NCBI RefSeq assembly: GCF_009914755.1
Contig: NC_060925.1
Reading direction: 5' to 3' (one strand)
DNA length: 64,000 nucleotides
Origin: the human T2T-CHM13v2.0 reference genome, Homo sapiens
The notes under the pieces are model-generated. The model searched no databases. It saw only the letters and a program-made list of their open reading frames with translations, and had not been told where the DNA came from. Shown here in pieces: positions 60,188 to 64,000 of the stretch (position 1 is the stretch's first letter; every line of letters starts with the position of its first letter). The position numbers and the translations under genes were made by a program.

Positions 60188-60573
60188 GTTGACATAATGA
60201 CAATATTGAGAGATTTTTGAAAAATATTCTCTCTGATGGAGCCCAACAAGTATTTCCCTTTCTGCATGTGCGTGCGTGTTTTTATGCCACGTACGTGAGT
60301 ATGTTCTTGTAGCTCAGACAGCTCCGAATAAAAACCCAGGGAAGCGAGGGTGTGCTGAGCCCAGGGAGGGCCTGCCAGGAGGGTTTTCTGAAGGATGGCT
60401 GTGGGCCGGGCCTCTTCTGAGAGGGCTGAGGGCAGCTGCTTCCCTTGCCGTTTGATTCATTAGTCCACACCTCGTGGAGAGGTAACTTGAAAGGCAGCGC
60501 CGAGAAGCACGTAATGGATTTGTGAGGTTTTAACACCGGACAGCAGACAAAAGACTAATAAAAATCCGGGGCA

Positions 60574-60640
60574 GGAATTTCCCAAGAGGGAAGTGTCACA
60601 GTGGAATAAAAATGAAAGAGATAAAGGAGAGTTCCTAGAA
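60574..60640. promoter_or_regulatory. Motif cluster: NF-kB, ETS, GATA, STAT5
   Basis: GGGAAATTCC on minus (60583-60574), GGAAGTG (60589-60595), AGATAA (60619-60624), TTCCTAGAA (60632-60640). Confidence 0.5.
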
Positions 60641-61799
60641 GGATCCAACCCCCCTTCCCCACCCCAAACTCTGCTTATAGGTTCTTATATGATAATTTAA
60701 ACTATATATGATATTAAATTAGCACTCCAATAGCAAAAATAAAAGTGTTCCCACATCACCTTCTTTGAAAATATTTATTTAAATAGGATGAAATGTTATT
60801 GAGGGCTTTTGTGTCTAGAAACAGGGTTAATTAAAGATTTCCTGCCTGCTTTGTGGGTAGGTGACACTCTCATTGAGATAGCAGCAATGCCCTATTTAGT
60901 GGTCTCTCAGCTTTCTTTCTATTCATCTGGTTTGGTAGTGGAATTCCATGGGAAGTTTGACCCTATTCAGTGATGAGAGAAGCAAAATACTGTTGTTCAC
61001 CTAGAGGCTGTTTGCTCAGAAAAACAGGGTGTCAGAGACATGGGACGCAAACCCAGAGTGACATAGCGCAGGGACTTGGCTCACTTTTCTGAGATCTGTA
61101 AAATGTGATGTGACTGGCTCTCAGAAAGGAGGCTGAAGGGTTCCTGCCCGATTGGTTTTCAAAGGGCAAGAGCCCCGCTGCTGAGGAGCTGCGGCTTTGT
61201 TAGACAAAAGCCCAGGGCAGCCCCCTCCTGGGCTCAGCGTTTTCCCCACCTCCCCCTTTCTCACAGGCGGTTTCCCTGAAATGAAAGAACTGTGATGCAT
61301 TTGCGCCTTCAAAAGCAGTTTTTAAAATGCATTAAACCCAAGATTGAATACCACCCAGTTCGGCCTCTGACCTGTGCCCGCGCCGAGGTTTCTGGGCAGC
61401 CAGGCCCAGGGAGGAAGCTGGCCTTTTGGCCCCAGGAGGCAGAGCCAGTTTAGCTGCCTGTGCCCCCCCACCACCCCACCCCTTTTTTTGACCTTCTGGC
61501 CCAAATAGGGAACTGTGGAGCGCTCATCTTTGTGTCCTTGCTAGTACACAGCCTCCCTGTGAAAGCAAGCAATGTCCCCAAGCAAATCCATATATCCGGG
61601 ACCTACGGCGGCGGAAAGATCGGGTGCATTTGGAAGGCACGGGGCCTGGCCTCACATTTCCAAAAGCAGTATTCCAGACTCTGCCTGCAAAGCTTCTCCA
61701 CCTTCCCCGTCATCTGACCTCATCTTTCTTAATTTTTCTTCTCTCATTCTTTCTATCTTCCCCTCTCTATCTCTTTCTTCCTTTAGAAATTATATTTGA

Positions 61800-62435
<636 letters not shown>

Positions 62436-62574
62436 AAATTATCTTTGAAAGAACTCATATAAGCAGGCTAAAATTAATTTGTTAATTTGTCACATTTAAA
62501 ATAGTCTATTTTATTCTATATTTACAATTTTTGAAATCCTAGTTTTGGCACGTCTTGCCTCTTAAAAAATTTAT

Positions 62575-63610
62575 ATCACCCTTTACTCGTTGGAATGGCT
62601 ACTTGTTTAAAAAACAGAAAATCACAAGTGTTGGTGAGGATGTGGAGAAGGAATGCCGTGCACTGTGGGCGGAAAGGTAAAATGGTACAGCTGTTGTGGA
62701 AAACGGTTTGGTGGTTCCTCAGAAAGTTAAAAATAGAACTACTGGCCGGGCGCAGTGGCTCATGCCTGTAATCCCAGCACTTTGGGAGGCCAAGGCGAGT
62801 GGATCACCTGAGGTCGGGAGTTCGAGACCAGCCTGACCAACATGGAGAAACCCTGTCTCTACTAAAAATACAAAATTAGCCGGACATGGTGGCCCATGCC
62901 TGTAATCCCAGCTACTCGGGAGGCTGAGGCAAGAGAATTGCTTGAAGCCAGGAAGGGAGGTTGCAGTGAGCCAAGATCATGCCATTGCACTCCAGCCTGG
63001 GCAACAAGAGCGAAACTCCATCTCAAAAAAAAAAAAAAATAGAACTATCATATGGTCTAGCAATTCTACTTCTGGTTCTATACCCAAAAGAATTGAAAGC
63101 AGGGTCTTTAAGAGATATTTGTGCACCCATGTTTATAGCAGCACTGTTCACAATCACTAAAAGGTGGACGCAACCAAGCACTCATTGACAGATGGATGGA
63201 TGAGCAAAATGCGGCAGATGCATACAGTGGAATATTATTTGGCCTTGAAAAGGAAGGAAATTCAGACACATGCTACCACATGGATGAAAGTTGAGGGCAT
63301 TAGGCTAAGTGAAATAAGCCAGACACAGAAAGACAAATATGGTATGATTTCACTTATATGAGTTACTTAAAGTAGTTAAAATCATAGAGACAAAAAGTAG
63401 AATAGTGGTTGTCAGGGGCTGGGAGGAGGCGGGAATGGGGAGTTATGGTTTCATGGGTACAGAGTTTCAGTTTCGCAAAATGAAAAGAATTCTAGAGACG
63501 GATGGTGGTGATGGTTGCGCAACAATATGAATGTACTTGACACCACTCAACTGTGCGCTTAAACATGGCTAAGAGGGTAAATTTTATGTTATGTGTATTT
63601 TACCAGGCAA
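62575..63610 (+). mobile_element. L1MB-like 3' end interrupted by AluSp (62744-63039)
   Basis: ORF2 C-terminus-like text (ICAPMFIAALFTITKRW; LSEISQTQKDKYGMISLI) and L1MB-type 3' UTR; Alu TSD aaaaatagaacta. Confidence 0.9.
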
Positions 63611-64000
63611 ACAAACAAACAAACAAAAAACCTGGAGGAAAAATTAGCAGCCTGTGCTATGAAAATTGCCTCAGGTGTAAGACAGTCTTGTCAGTATTGG
63701 AGCGTGCTCACAGTTGACATGTGTGAAGGACCAGGAGAGCCGGAAGAGGTCAGCAGGCTCAGGGGGTGCTGTTAGCCTGTTTCACCGACAGAAAGGCTTA
63801 ACCCCTGCGGCGCCAACTAGACCAGGAGACCTTGCCTCTCTATTATTCTCCCACTGGCTGTTGCTTATTTTTGTTAGTCCAATATTTTCCACTGCTCTCA
63901 GAGACAAAGGTAGGCAACAGTTTGCAAAATTTAGACGCTTATGTGTGCACAAAGGAAAAAAAGAAGAAAGAAAGAAAACAACAGTCTGGTGAGCTTCTGT

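Overview
Primate (human-like) genomic DNA containing the 3' part of CD247 (T-cell receptor zeta chain, CD3-zeta) on the minus strand. Coding exons 2-8 lie between 12192 and 3032, all with canonical GT-AG junctions and matching the known protein. The 3' UTR and poly(A) signals run down to about 1990. Positions 12193-64000 are the large intron 1; exon 1 (ATG and signal peptide) is outside the window to the right. Intron 1 holds about 35 Alus, L1, MIR, L2 and LTR remnants, a CpG island at about 26.3-27.5 kb, a near-consensus CTCF site and several lymphocyte-type transcription-factor motif clusters. Almost all supplied ORFs are Alu-, repeat- or GC-derived noise. I found no convincing new gene family or multi-component system. 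The best leads are regulatory: (i) a well-formed 99-nt cryptic exon in intron 1 with an in-frame stop followed by an ATG in frame with exon 2; (ii) a GT-AG intron inside the 3' UTR placed so that splicing should trigger NMD; (iii) a face-to-face bidirectional poly(A) signal; (iv) a 37-bp G-rich VNTR about 35 nt from the donor of the NAGNAG exon 5; (v) all-phase-0 exons that split each ITAM at the same point. Repeat subfamily names come from recalled consensus similarity and boundaries are approximate.
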